This document shows, piece by piece, positions 40,101 through 55,100 of a stretch of 64,000 nt of DNA (position 1 is its first letter; each line of letters opens with the position of its first letter). The stretch is from Amphiscolops sp. MND2022. Taxonomy: Eukaryota. The notes below the pieces were generated by a model. The model was not told the origin of the DNA. It ran no database searches and saw only the letters and a list, made by a program, of their open reading frames with translations. The DNA lies in NCBI GenBank assembly GCA_964187785.1, contig OZ076409.1, forward strand, positions 2,108,001 through 2,172,000, given 5' to 3'. The position numbers and the translations under genes are program-made.

Positions 40101-43100
40101 GAACTGACGAAAAAAAACTAGCCACTGTAAGAGTCGGGATTTTCTTCGAAAACGCCGACTAAAAAGAATTATTTGAGACGGTACCTCAAGTAATGTACAA
40201 CAAGGTACGTACTAAAGGCCGTGAACATTTTATTAAAAGCCTATTTTTTGAAATCTCATTTGAATTTTCTGATTGTTCGTCGGCGCATTTTATGAAATAG
40301 GCGGCGGACCCAACTATTACACGTTTTGTTCACGTCGCCAGTAAGACCTTCCCTTCGATGTCTTCCTATGACTTATATTTTGTTTGCAAATCTTAACGTG
40401 TCAAAGAGTCCCACCTTGGCTTTTTTCGGCACTGTGCGACCTTTTACAATTTTTCATTTCACCAAAGAGTGTGGTACAAAAGTGAAACTGCAAATGCCTT
40501 GTATTGAGACACTTAGTGGGTGCTGTTTCTTGCTGATACGGACCAATAATCAGCTTGTTGATTAGCTACATCAAAATTCCAGTAGTGAAATTTATAAATA
40601 GGTTAATTAACAACCAAAAGGCAAGCAAATCAGGCGAACAGAAACGTTAGAAGCAATATATCTTTTTTCGAAGACTTAAGCCGGACTTATTATATAATTA
40701 TTAAGAATATTGCTGAATATGATTGAATATTAAGAATTATTGTTTAACTAGACCGTTAAACAAGCCTAATTATGTTCAGGATAGCTTTTGAAAAATTATT
40801 GAGAATCTCACTGCGGAAAATATCAAAAAGGAGCCCTCGGAGCTCGAAAACCCCAAAAAAAACAAGAGTTTTTTATTAGAAGTCGCGCAAAGCCTAAAAA
40901 CCCAAAATGTATTTAAAAAAAGTGACAACGAAAAACAACTAGTCACTGTAATAGTGGGGCATATTTACGAAATGCACCCACTGAAAACAGGTTGATTTTT
41001 GGCCCAAAATATAATTATAATCGCATCATTCTCCACTACACTAAGCAGCGGCGACAGCATTTACTGTGAAAAAAAGCAGTGTAACTGCGCCTCTAGTTTT
41101 TAGGTCAACAGAGAGGGGAAAGTACTTACCCGTGGTAAGAACAGCGGAAGAGTCCTGCAGTCTGTGGAGAATGAGAGAGTTCCACAGCATGGATATGAGC
41201 AGGAGTCTGTCTGAGGAATTGGCAACTACTTCTCCCTCGGTGCCAGCGACTGCGTCCTCTGGACTAGTGTCGAAATGATCTGTGGAAGACGATCTGCAAA
41301 CAAATGCCGCATTCCCAACTCTAACAATTTGCAAAATAGGCCCCTGCGGGGCACACTATTATTTCTGCGCTAATCTTTCATTTAAAATAGAATCATATCC
41401 GGAATAACTATACACAATTGTTTAATCATTATTTAGCGCACAATTACATGTAATCACTGTACAAGTTTACACCGCCTTTAATTCTTCTCGGAGTAAAGAA
41501 TTATGTATAACTACTAAGCGTAGACGAAGTTTCGCATTCGCATTTGAATGCAGGCGAAGCTTTCAACGAACAAATTAACACTCATTCGCTTCATCTCAAT
41601 GACGTCAGCGCACGAATGCATAATTACCACTCGCTCGCTCCATCGCACGAGAATTGAAATGTCGCCCGCAGCTTGAGAAATTTAAATCTCACGCTTACAG
41701 TCACTGTTGAACAAATATCTGAATTATTCAGTATCGCAACAAAAATTGTACTGAAAAAGTTGTGAATTCTTGAGATTTCAATAAATTCCTGCTATCGCAG
41801 AAATAAAAACAGCAAGAATTCAATAAGCTAACTGGTTTTATTCGTAATTTTCGAAATGGATATTGGTGTCGTTTGTCAACTTCACTTTTGTCGTATTCCC
41901 ACGAAAAAAATAATAAATGACAATTCCGTTTTGAACTCACTCTTTCAAGCAAATGAGAAACGTATTATCTAGAAATGTAGTTCAATTTTAAAAGAAACAA
42001 GCTGGGACCGGCCCAAGTCGGCGCCATATCCAAGGCTCAAAAATAGCAAAAGGACTTCAAAGGGTCAATTTACAGTCTCGAAAATCGAAAAGCCAAAAAA
42101 ATGGACCGAGTGGCGCGCCGGGGCCCGGTAGAGCGAGCCCCTGGCGCGCTAAAGAGAAAAAAATTTAGAAAAAAAAGTCTCACAATGCCGAAAAACTGAA
42201 AAAATTTTTTCCGAAAAAAAGTCTCGCAGTGCAGAAAAAAATTGAAACGGGGTCTCGCCCGGTATGGTATGTTGCGCGGGAAAACAGGAAAAACCTTTTT
42301 GGTTCAGTTCGCTAGGCCAAATGGTGAAATTTGGTGCAATAATATTTTGTAGAACTTTTAAGAACTATTTTGGTCAGTTCGTGTGGATTGAAAAAAAAGA
42401 AAAGCCACTATAATAGTCGCGTTTCACTTCATGAAGCGCCGACTAAAAAGTCGGTTGGTCATTTAAAGTCACTACCTTCTGCCTAGAAATTGGGCGCTCT
42501 AACCATTGGTCTAATTTGCCTTCGATTTCAACATGTGGAACATTTGATGGGTTTAGTTTGGTCACTTCGATTGAGAAACAAGAGCCGCACGTAAGGGAGT
42601 CGGAAACGGATTAAAATATTTTGAAAAACAAATTACCTACTTTATTATCATTTGGTCATTTTTGGACTATATTTGGCTGTTTCTCAGATCCCAGTCAAAC
42701 CATTTTGATGTCATTGCACACATAGGACCCCAATACAGTGTAGCAAAATTGTAAAAAATTTCGTTCGAATCGTATAACTCTCTGAAAAAATATCGAAAAA
42801 GGTCCAAAAATGGCCGTTTTTGGGCTAATTTTGGCGATGTTTCTCAGATCCCAGTCATACTATTTTGATGCCATTGCGCTTGAAGGAGCACCTTTGGGGG
42901 TAAAATGACTGTGCTAAATTTATTGAAAATTGTATGGACAGTTTTTTTAAAAAATTTGAAATTTTCATAGAAAGTTTAGGAGGAAAAAAGATACGAGTGC
43001 ATAAGTATTCGAATTTTTTTCTGACTCCTAAAAAATGATAGTGGGAGCTCTACATTTAATATACAGCGCCGATTAAAAAAGATATCTTGCCTGTTTCTGA

Positions 43101-46100
43101 TAAGAGAAAGAGCTGCTTGGAAGGTATGTGTGGTCAAATTGGACTGAGACAGAAGGTTGGTTATCTGTTGGGCTAAATGGGGCGCAATCACACGTCCTCC
43201 TTGCTGGATGCCCTCACTTAAAATACCCCCTCCTGCTCCAAAATCAGCGAATGAGGAAGACTCCATTGTCGGGGATCTGCTATCCTCGAATGTCGCAGAT
43301 GCCAAGAAAGCCGCCAGTTGTTTAAACGGGGTCGAAAGGTCAATGAGGACCTAAAACAGGTTTGAAGCTTCAAAACAACAAAAACAGCCAGAAAAATATA
43401 ATTTGAATCTCAATGATTCGCCAAATTTGACGTAGAACAAGTGTTTAAAATATTTGAAAACGGGTGTCGCAACTTTTCCAAAGAGCTCGTAATAGATAAC
43501 GCGGAAAATCACAGTGTTACTGAGCCTTTTCCGAACTTTAAGCTCCAAAATTGCCCAAAACGAACTATTTAAAGAATAGTTTTTCATATTTGAAGAAATC
43601 GGGCAAATTAGTAGCGCCATGGAAGGAATAGACCTGCTATACGGTGCTTTACGGAAACCGATTACATAATCATTTTGCATATGTGTTTTCTTCCGAGACT
43701 TCGGTAGTTGGCTTTTTGCAGGAAACGTACTGGAATATCTATAGAAAAGGTTTCGTATGAAATTTTCGGGATTCTGTCTCATTGGGTTTTGAAAAGGTAT
43801 TCATAATGTGGCGAACTAAACATACTGATAGCATTAAGCATTTTGTGAAACAAACCCGTCTAAAATAATTATGTGTAAAAAGGTGACTATTCAAATCGTA
43901 GAATATTCAAAACGTCGAACACGCATTTGCTGTATTTTACTGGAATTTGATTGGCTCATTTAATGCAATTTTGGTCACGTGACTGCGTGTAAACTGCTTT
44001 CGACGCTTTGAACATTCTACGATTTGAATCGTCCCCGTGCAAAAACCTCATTATGAAACAGGGTCATTCGAACTTCGTATGGCAGTTCAAAAAGTATATA
44101 CCAGTCGGTAGCCGCTCGTACAAGCGAATGAACTTCAAGAAGAACGAATAAAGCCTATCTCAAATGTGATTGGACGATGAAATCAGCCAACTGCCACCAT
44201 GGCTTCCATTTACTCTGACCGGTTGCTAAGTTTACATAATACTTTCATCATTCAAAGCTCACTGTCCTGTCGAACGCAGTGACGAATTACAATTAGGAGT
44301 TCAGTTCTGCTATAAATTTATTCTGCATTATTAATATTTCTGCTTTAGCAGGAATGTTATTGTAACCTCAAAGTTGGTCCTTTTTTTTTTCAGTCGTCAA
44401 ATTTCGTCCTACTGAATAATTCAGATATTTTGTTCGGCAGTGAGTGTAAGCGTGGGAAAGCTGCCGACAACAATTCAATTCTAGTGCGATAGAACGAGCG
44501 AGTGGTAATTATCCATTCGTATGCTGACGTCATTGAGATGAAGCGAATGAGTGTTAATTATTCGTTCGTTGAGAGCTTCGCCTGCATTCAAATGCGAATG
44601 CGAAACTTCGTCTACGCTTAGTTATATTTTCTTTAGTCCGAGAAGAATTAAAGGCGGTGTAAACTTGTACAGTGATTAATTGTGCTCTAAGTAATGATTA
44701 AACAGGAGTGTATTGGTATTCCAGATATGATTCTTTTATTAATGATTTTTTGTTTTAAAAAAATAAAGATTAAAGCAGAAATAGTACTGAGCCCCGGAGG
44801 GGCCTATTTTTACCATTCGGCTATACAAACTACCACCTTAAAATTAAGTGTTCTAGACCAACAGATAAGCGTAATTCAGGCATTGGCAACTCTAATGATC
44901 AGATAGCTAGCCAGCTGAATTTCGAATTAAACAGCTACATGTATTTATGTAACTTTGCAGCTTGAACTTTTTTGAATAATCTGCAAGACGAGAAAGAACT
45001 TACGGCTCAAAAAAGAGACAACTCCTTCAAATGTGGTTCTAAATTCATGGAAACGGGTTTGCAAGAGCATTTCTCTCAACTTCCGGAATAAGCTGTTCAG
45101 AAAAGCAAAAGCTTTCTTCAAAAAAACCAGAGCCGCATATGCGATAAAGGAGTCGGATCAGGATTTTTTCCTTCTGACTCGCTCGAATCCCAGTCATACG
45201 ATTTTCATGAAATTGCACATATTAAGCCCTTATATAGTGTAGAAAGACTCCATAAAAGTTCTTTCAAATCGTAGAATTTTCAGGAAATCGAAACAGGTCA
45301 TATGATTTGATGCCTTGATGCCATTGAATACATAGGACCCTAATATGGTGTGGAATGACTGTAGAAAACTTCGTTCGAATCGTACGAACATTGTTTGAGA
45401 AAATCGAAAAAGTCCAAAAATGTCTGTTTGTCATTTTTGGGCTAAATTTGGCCATGTTTCTTAGATATCAGTCATGCAATTTTGGTGTCATTGCGCAGAC
45501 AGGAGCACCTTTGGGTGTAGAATGACTGCAAAATTTTATGGAAATCGTATGGACAGCTTTTGAGAAATTCGACATTTTCATTGAAAGGTCGGGAGAAAAA
45601 AACCGTCACGAGTTCATAAGTAGTCGAAAATCTTTTCCGACTCCTAAAAACGAACTACTATGCGAAAACAATTTTCAGAAGAGCAAAGGTAACTAGCGAC
45701 CGCGTGGGGAAAAAGAACAAGGTGCTAATACCATTATGTCGACATCATTTACGATGAAAACGTTCAAAATAATTTACATTGATTCACAGCTGAAAACTGC
45801 TAAATTTTATTTTATGGCGGAGAAAATTTGTGTTAAACGGGGCTTCTCTATGCTATTTTGACTTGTCTCAGGCGTGAATTTTTGCTATTTTGGGCAATAA
45901 AAACAAACATTTGGGTAAATTTTTGCTCGAAGTATCGAAGCAACTGCAGAGACAATCATCTTAAGTATTTGTAACCATAAAAAATTCTTTGACCTGTGAT
46001 ATATTTTTAAAGAGGAAAAGGCAGTTTCGTGTTTGCGGGTTGCATCCGAAACAAGATGTACCTTGGGAGGTCGAGATGTTAAATAAGAAACCTGGGATCT

Positions 46101-49100
46101 CTTTCACCATGCCCTCTATAGCAAAAAGGAAGGACATAGTGTAACGCGTCAAAACGGGGGGGGGATAGTGAAACACTTTTTAATACATGTATGAAGAAGT
46201 ATCAACGCTTCTGATTGGCTGACTTGGGATTTTGATAAAAAGAGCCAATAAAATGAAATATTAAAGGACATAGTGTAACGCGCCAATAGGGGGGGCATAT
46301 AGTGAAAGAGATCCCAAACCTGTTTCAAAAACCGACAGCAATTAAAGTAGCGATAAACAAGACGGGAACGTCTAAAGTCGGCGCTATATCTAAGGCTCAA
46401 AAGCGCAAGACTTTTTTTTGAGAAAAAAACTTGAAATTTTTGATTTTTTTCTTTCAGAAAATGTCGCATAGTGCCGAAAAATGTAAAAAGGGGGACCCTT
46501 TGGGCTTTATTAACATATATTCTGTTGCAAAATATAAAAAAAACTCGAAAGGGGGAGTCTTTTGAGACATTAAAAAATTTTCGAAAAAAGTCGCACAATG
46601 CCGATAAAAAAATCGAAACTTTAGTCTCGTCCGGTTTTGTAGGTTACGTTAAAAAAGTAAAAATGGAAGGGGGACCCTTTTGCACTAATTTCCGCTGACC
46701 GGACTTGGCCTTATGCTAGTAGTTTTAGTAGTTTCGATTGTAAGAAAAGTGGCCCAATCAGAGTGAGATTGTAGTCTGACGAAAAAAAACGGAAAAAAAC
46801 TAGCCACTGTAAGAGTCGGGCACTTTTCACTAGAAAAGCGCCGACTAAAAATTGGGTGGCGATTGTGAAGTACTGGTGTAAGACTAACCAAATTAGCCTG
46901 TTGTGAGTGTTGGCTGGTTGCTTGACTGTTCGACTGCTGGAGGGCAGTGGAGACGAGAGAGTAGAGTTTGTCTAGGTGGTTGAACAGCAGAGATATCTGC
47001 AGGAAGGCACGTACCATGCCCCTACAGAAGGAGAGACCGGCCTGTCTCACAGATAGAGATGATGTGGTCACGTGCTCCGTGCCTCCCACAATCACGTCTT
47101 GCAACTGCTGGCTAATCTGCAATGATTAGAGGACAACATCACTAATATAATCATCACTTCCCCAAACGTCCTCATCTTTTGTTGTAATCATTACCATACA
47201 AGTTTAACAAGCGAGCAACGGCATAAGGCTCAAAAATAGTAAAAAGACATCAAAGTGTCAGAAAAAGTCAAAGTATCAAACTCACAAAAAAGTTTCGAAA
47301 AAAGTCTCACAATGTCGAAAAACCTGAAAGGGGGCCTTTTCAACATCTATTCTCTTTCAAAATACCAAAAAATTGAAGGGGGTCCTTTGGAGAATTTTTT
47401 TGAAAAGGTCTCAAAATGCCGGAAACAAACTGAAAGGGGACCCTTTAGTCTCTTTCGGTATTGTATGTTGCGCTGAAAAAAAAGGAAAAACCTTTTTGGT
47501 TCAGTTCCCTAGCCCAAATGGTTCAATTTGACACCATAAAATTTGGTAAGTTTGTGTGGATTGAAAAAATAATAAACGTTACTAGTATAGTCGAGTTTCA
47601 CTTCATGAAGCGCTGACTAAAAATTAATATTATTTAGCAAGTTTCAACACCTACTATGATGTCTCTTCGCCGGAGGAAGGGTGTAATTTTCAACAGTCAT
47701 TTTTTTTGAAAAAACCTTCTAATTACCACCACCCCCTTGGTCTTGATTTATGATGTCACGATAACTAAAGACAGTTAATCTATAAGCCCCTAATTAAGAC
47801 ACCCTGCATATTATCTCAAAGCATTCAATCAGATCCCAGACAATTTTAACTCATGGAAAAATACAAACACTTTCAATTTAGACTTCAGTTTACACTGAAA
47901 GTATTTAACAGTATTAACATTAATGAAAAACTCCTAAGAAAGCTCTCGCAGCGTAATTGACATCTTTTGGCGACAACTCATATCAAGGGTAAATAAAACT
48001 AAATAACAGAGTTTATCCCAAATAATTTAATAAATGATAGAGAAAACTAGGTGATTGATAAGCAATTATTAGCTGCTCTAACAAGTAAAATAGTAACAAG
48101 GTTCTATTGAAATCAAATTCCGCCAGTGCCATGGATTAATTGAGGTATTCGTGATTAGGTATTTAGGCCCCCACCAATCTTGTGCGTTTTTCACGGAAAA
48201 TTTTCTCGATTTTCACGCTGCATTTCACGCGCAAAGACTGAATACACGTGTACACGCTCATTTCACGCTACGTTCACGTTTTTTCCCCCAAAAAATCCAA
48301 AGGTAAATTAGAGTTACAATTTTCCAGCCTTGAAAAGAACAAAAGTGACTTTTCTGCCCCCCTCACCGCCGAAATTTTTTAAAGTTATTGAATATTTTAT
48401 TTAAAAAACTTGAATACATACCAAAATCTTTCAATTTTAAGTGAAAAGATTTCTGAGATTTTACATTCTCACAAATATAAGGTCGATTTCACGCTCATTT
48501 ACACGCCATTACACGCAAAAATCCAATCGACCAATTACACGCTATTTTACACGCGATTCACGCCGAGACATACGCACAAGCCTGGCCCCCACTGACAAAC
48601 CTGATATTAAGTGTCGCTTTTTCCTAATTGATATGAGTTATCGATACAGTCGTGGAACAAATTGTTGGGCCACTGCCATTTTGACGTTGCTGTTAATGAA
48701 ATTGACAGGTTTGCTTCGCATATTGCAATATCTAACCAAACGCTATAGCCATTTTGCTTGATTAAGTTACTCGTCAAAGTACTGATTTTACCCTTGTATA
48801 TCGTATTCTGATATTTATTAACAAACTTTTTTGTTTTGGAGTCTTTTGTGTAGTGGCCGAACAACTTGTAGTTATCGATCGATATGAGTTGTGGTTTTTT
48901 TGATTGAATATCTTTTGGTTGTGGCTAAGCACTGCACTCACCGTTTGGCACTGATTCAGAGTGCTTCGAATGTTCAGCACGGCCTCCGATAACTCCAACA
49001 TCGTCTGACCCAGGGTCCTCTGCAGGGTTCTTCTCAGTCTCGCACTCCCGCCACCACCGCCGCCACTCAACAGCACATGGGTCTTGAACTGTGACACAAC

Positions 49101-52100
49101 AACACAACCAATCAAATGATGTAGAAGAAATTAAATTTTCTCCAAGGGGGAGCTTGGCGTTGTGTTTAGAACATTCAGCTTATGCTGGGACGGTGACAGG
49201 TTTCAATCTCTCTTAACTTACCATTGTTGTGCCGGGCCTTCATCCCTAGCTTAGTGGTTTGACAAACTTCTTTGCTTCTGTGAAAAGACGAGGTTTTTCA
49301 TAAAAACTGCTTTAAATTATAAGTTTCTTTCAGTAAAGCATGAGCGCTAAAGAAAAAATTCAGCATAACCGATGTTTCTTACCGCTCCACAATATCAGAG
49401 TTATTTGCTGACTTTGCACTAGAACTCAAATTAACAATTTGAAAAATCCGCCCCTCCGGGGCACATTACTATTTCTGCTTGAATTTTTCAATTAAAATAG
49501 AATCATATCTGGAATACCAATACACTCCTGTTTAATCAATATTTAGCGCACAATTTATCACTGTACAAGTTTACACCTCCTTTAATTCTTCTCGGACTAA
49601 AGAAAATATGTATAACTACTATGCGTAGACGAAGTTTCGCATTCGCATTTGAAAGCAGGCGAAGCTTTCAACGAACAAATAATTAACACTCATTCGCTTC
49701 ATCTCAATGACGTCAGCATACGAATGCATAATTACCACTCGCTCGCTCCATCGCACGAGAATTGAAATGTTGTCGGCAGCTTGAGAAAATTAATTCTCAC
49801 GCTTATAGTCCCTGCCGAACAAATATCTGAATTATTCAGTATCGTGCGAAGAATTGTACTGAAAAAAAGTAGACATCTTGAGATTTCAATAATTGTCCTG
49901 CTATCGCAGAAATAATAAAAACCAAGTTGGTTCAATTTCGAAACTACGAAACTGCGAATTAAAACAAGCCGGGAACGGCCCAAGTCGGCGCCATATCCAA
50001 GGCTCAAAAATAGCAAAAGGACTTCAAAATTTCCAAGTTTTGGTGAATTGGGACTACTTTTATGGAAATTTTTTTTGAAAAAAAGTCTCACATTGCCGAA
50101 AAAACTGAAAGGGAGGACCCTTTGGCATTTTTCAACATCCATGCTGTTGCAAAACTCCAAAAAAATTGAAGGGGGGCCATTTCGTAGGGAAAAATTTTTT
50201 TTCGAAAAAAGTCGCACAGTGACGAAAAAATCTAAAGGGGGGGACCTTTTGCTCTCGTCCGGTATTGTATGTTACGCGGGAAACCTTTTTGGTTCAGTTC
50301 CTTGGGCCAACGGGTACATTTTGGGGTCTTCTGAATTTTGTAGAACTTTTGGTAGAACTATTTTGGTCAGTTCAGGTGGTCTTAAAAAAACACTGACGAA
50401 AAGCCATGACTATAGTCGACTCTTTTCTTAAGAAAAGCGCCGACTAAAAAACAGATTGTATGTCTTTCGAAAAAGTAACAAGCCGGGAACCGTATAAATT
50501 GGCATTCCGCTCAAGGCTCAAAAAAGCAAAAGTAATTCAAAGCGTCAAGAAATCTTGTTGAAAAAATACTCAAACTCACAGTGCCGAAAAAAATCAATGT
50601 GGGGAACTTTTTGCTTTTTCTTCACGAGAAATACAAAAACCAAATTTTTTCCTGTTTTATCACCAGAAACATCAAACAACCAAAGGGAGAAACCCTTTGT
50701 GAAATGAAAAATTTCCTAAACGTGCTAAAAACCGAAAGTGTGGACCCGTTAGGCGTGAATACGCTCTTTCCTATCCGAAAATATCAAAAAACCAAGACTC
50801 TTTTGGAAAACTGAATTTTTTTTGGAAAAAGGCTACACAAATGGTGATTTTCCTCCCCCTACACAATAAATTAAGGGCTGCAAATAACAAAGATGAATGG
50901 GTGATAGTGTGTGAGCTTACAGCTGAGTTGAAGAGAGTAAGGGGCGTGTGTTTGTGGGCGCCTGAGTTGAGTCTGTGGAAGCTGTTTTGCAACTCCAGCA
51001 ACAAGTTTCCAGTCAGAGTAAAACTCTCTTCGGAGGAAGTGGCTGCAGATGAAGCGATGACATCACCAGTTTGCACAATGAGCCGCTTGCTTTTTGCTAT
51101 AAACTCCTGAAACGAGGATAATTACTAATTGTGAACTAGACCGACATCGTTTTGTCTTTTTCGCTTTGAGCTTTCATCACACTGCAGCGATACAAATGTG
51201 AAAAAGCTGGATTTCAGCTTTGAATGACAATCCCCAAAGAGGGGGGGCTTCACTGACCTGAATGTATCGGGAGACCCCGACGAGGATATTGGGCAGAGTG
51301 AAGACACTGTGGGGGTGGTGGTCCACAACAACCCCTTCAGACTGCTGATGATGATGACCCCTCTCTGAATTGGTCTCCGGGTCAGGGTCAGAGGCGTTGA
51401 GCACGTGACTAATTGCCCCTGACCACAATCTATCCATCACTTGCAGGTCTTTCAGCACCACTACATTCACATCCACCAACTCCACTGATAGCGCTTCAAA
51501 TGTCACTTCTGGTGGTCTAAACGTGGAAACAGGTATTCTCAGTGGTTACAAAAAAGCCGGGAACGTCATAAGTTGGCGCCCTGCATAAAGCTCGAAAATG
51601 GCAATAACTTCCAGGCGTCAAGTATTCTTTTATACAGTACCCGAAAAACCCAAACGAGGACCCAACTGGCAAAAAAAGGGGGTCCCCAGCGATCTTTTAA
51701 CACCCATTCTGTTGCACAATACTTTAAAAAATGAAGGGGCGACCCTTTGGAGAAATTGAAAAATTTTCGAAAAAAGTCTCACAGTGCCGAAAAAAGGTGG
51801 ATTTTTTCCAAAACCCTTTGGACCTTTCTAACATCCATTCTGCTGCAAAATATCAAAACAATCGAAAGGGTAATGATTTTGATACTAAAATTTCACTAAA
51901 ATTCAATACCAATTGATAATGCTCAATTTAAATAATTTTTGCTATCCTACTCGCGACTGCAACGCTTACGTGACACGATAGCCGCAATATCTCCTAAAGC
52001 ATTCAAGTCCGACAAACTATTTATTGCGCGTTCACAATCAGGACTTCCCGGTTGATTTCTGAACGGCTGCACTGGCTCTGAACTTTGCGCCAAAACCTTG

Positions 52101-55100
52101 CACGCCTCGTGTCTCTGATTGCAAGTCACTGTTTAAAAACATGCTAGGGTCACTTTGACCCAATATTGATACCAGTGGAAACAGGTGGCCACAAACGGAA
52201 ACTGGAAAAACTGAAAATCTGCAGTTTTACATTTGTTTTTTAATTTCAGAGATATCAAGTCAATAATTCAATTCGTGAAAATGTGTGCAATGCTATGTAA
52301 TACCGTCTATAAATCTTATTCAAGTGTTTTCTTTTCCATTCAGCTAGTGCCTTCAGAAGTTTGTAGAAGCTAACTGGTAGGAAATCGTCGCAATCGCTCA
52401 TTTAGGGTTGAAATAGCTGCATATCGCGGCTTCTAATTTGAAAGAAAGAGGGAAGAGTTCGATTTCAAAATTCGACGCTGATTCAACCAATTTTATTTTA
52501 GAAACCGCTGGTATATAATATAAATTTCAGTTAGTTGTTCGAGCGGTCTAATTGAACTGAACTCGTATAATAACACCACAGTGTCGAAAATAAATATTTG
52601 GTCCCACAAGGTCGAAAAATGAATTTTAACAAGCATCGTCAATGACTAAGTCCCTATTGGCCGGCAGCCGTTCAAAGTTAGGATATCGTTCCTAAAACAG
52701 CAAAATCAATTGGCTGTATCACTCAGCCTTCCTCCTTTTGGAGTGTTTCGCGCCACTCGGCCTTCGTGCAAACCAGCCGCTAGTCAAGTAATAGCACGTC
52801 GCTTAGCTTCGCTCCTGCTCGTAGGGCATTATAGGTGTGCCTCCGTAGCTGATCAGGACTACGTTATGGTAATTTTTTCTCATTTTAGAAAATGTAAAAT
52901 TATGATAATTTCTAGCCAATAGAATTAGCTTTCGACTTTGTGGGACCAAATGTTTTTTTCGACGCTGTGGGACACCGCCAACACTACACTGTATAGTCTC
53001 AGTCAGTTCTGTCTAAAATGATTTTATTACCTATTCAAGTAATAGGGATTCACAAAAGCAGTAGGGGGCTCGTTGCTCTCCCCAGGGGTGTCCCCAAAAA
53101 GAGCATGGGACCCTGCGGGAGCATTCCTTGCAGATGAGTCAGCAGCCATGGAGTGGTCCACGTCACTCAACATCCCAATCTCTTCTTCCTCCTCCTCGTC
53201 TTCCTCTTCTTCTTCGTCGTCGTCGTCGTCTTCTTCATCCTCTTCTTCTTCTTCGTCTTCTTCATCCTCTTCTTCTTCTTCGTCATCGCTTGAATCGATA
53301 CTAACTCCATCGTGTGTAGTGATGGTAACCTTGATCATAAAATATTAATAAAAACCTGATATTGGAACAATTATATGATCTGAATGAAAGAACCCTTTAA
53401 AATCCAACTAATTCGCCCAACTGAAACAAAGAGACTTGAATATCTTTTTTTAAAAAAATAGGCCCTTGCGGGGCACATTATTATTTCTGCTTTAATCTTT
53501 AATTAATAATAGAATCATATCTGGAATACCAATACACTCCAGTTTAATCATTATTTAGCGCACAAATAATCACTGTACCAGTTTATATAGCCTTTAATTC
53601 TTCTCGGACTAAATAAAATATAACTACTGAGCGTAGACGAAGTTTTGCATTCGCATCTGAATGCAAGCGAAGCTCTCGGCGAACGAATAACTAACACTCA
53701 TTCGCTTAATTTCATGAACTCGACGTACGAAAGCATAAATACCACTCGCTCGCTTCATCGCACGAGAATCGAAATGTCGTCGGCAGCTTGAGAAATTCAA
53801 TTCTCATGCTCATAGTCACTGCCGAACAAATTATCTGAATTTTTGAGTATCACAACAAGAATTGTTCTGAAAAAAAAGACTTCTTGATGTTTCAATAATA
53901 ACAAGTGAGGCAGACGTTTGAAAAGCCGAAGAAGGATAGGTATCTTCTTCCAAAACCGAAATACAGCACCTAATCTAATTCGAAAACTGGTTTCAACACA
54001 TCTCGGAAAACTTGAGATGAAAAGCATAACAAAACAAGGCGGGACCGGCCCAAGTCGGCGCCATATCTAAGGCTCAAAAATAGCAAAAAGACTTCTATAT
54101 GTCAAAGTATTGGTGAGTTGGGGACCCTTTTATGAAAATTTTTTTTTGGAATAAAAGTCTCACAATGCCGAAAAAAACTGAAAGGGTGGACCCTTTGGGG
54201 GTTTTCAACATCCATTTTGTCGCAAAACATCAAAAAATATAAGGGGGACCCTTTGCGGAAATTTTTTTTCCGGAAAAAAGTCTCACAATGCCGAAAAAAC
54301 TGAAAGGGGACCCTTTGGTCTCGCCCGGTATGGTATGTTACGAGGGAAAACAGGAAAAACCTTTTTGGTTCAGTTCGCTAGGCCAAATGGTGCAATTTGG
54401 TGCAATAATATTTTGTAGAACTTTTGTAGAACTATTTTGGTCAGTTCAGGTGGTCTTAAAAAAACACTGACGAAAAGCCATGACTATAGTCGACTCTTTT
54501 CTCTAGAAAAAGGGCCGACTAAAAAATTAGCATTCGATGAATTGCTCCAAATGACGAAGTGCGAATCCATAGCAAAACAACTCAATTTTAGTCGGCGATT
54601 TCGATAGGAAACGCCGACAATAGTAGTGACTTTAAGTTTCAAAGGAGGCTCCCTTTTACATTTTTCGGCACTATGAGACTGTTAAAACTTTTTTTGAAAA
54701 TTTTTTAATGTCTCCGAAGGGTCGCTCCTTCATTTTTTTGATATTTTGCAACAAACTGGATTTTCAAAAAGCCCAAAGAGTCCCCTCTTTTACATTTTAA
54801 AAAATTTTGCGCTTTTGAGCCTTGGATATAGCGCCGACTTCAGACGTTCCCGTCTTGTTCCACTTTACCTGTTGTGGTCTTGAGTTGGTTCTAGACACAA
54901 GAGCGACTCCGGAAGCAGAGGGCCCTTCCCCTGCCCCCGCTGAGCAGCTGGTTTGTTCGTCGAACAGTTTCCTCGGGGCGGAACTTTCATCTGCCTTGGC
55001 TTCTTCCGACAAGGTCAAGTTCGCTGACGAGGCCGCCGAGTCGGAAGGACGACGGAGCCCGAATTGGAACTTGCTTTCTCCTTCTTCCTGGAATCACCAA

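Noticed and set aside
53073..53348. Poly-Ser ORF on plus
   Set aside because: Antisense shadow of the acidic furry exon.
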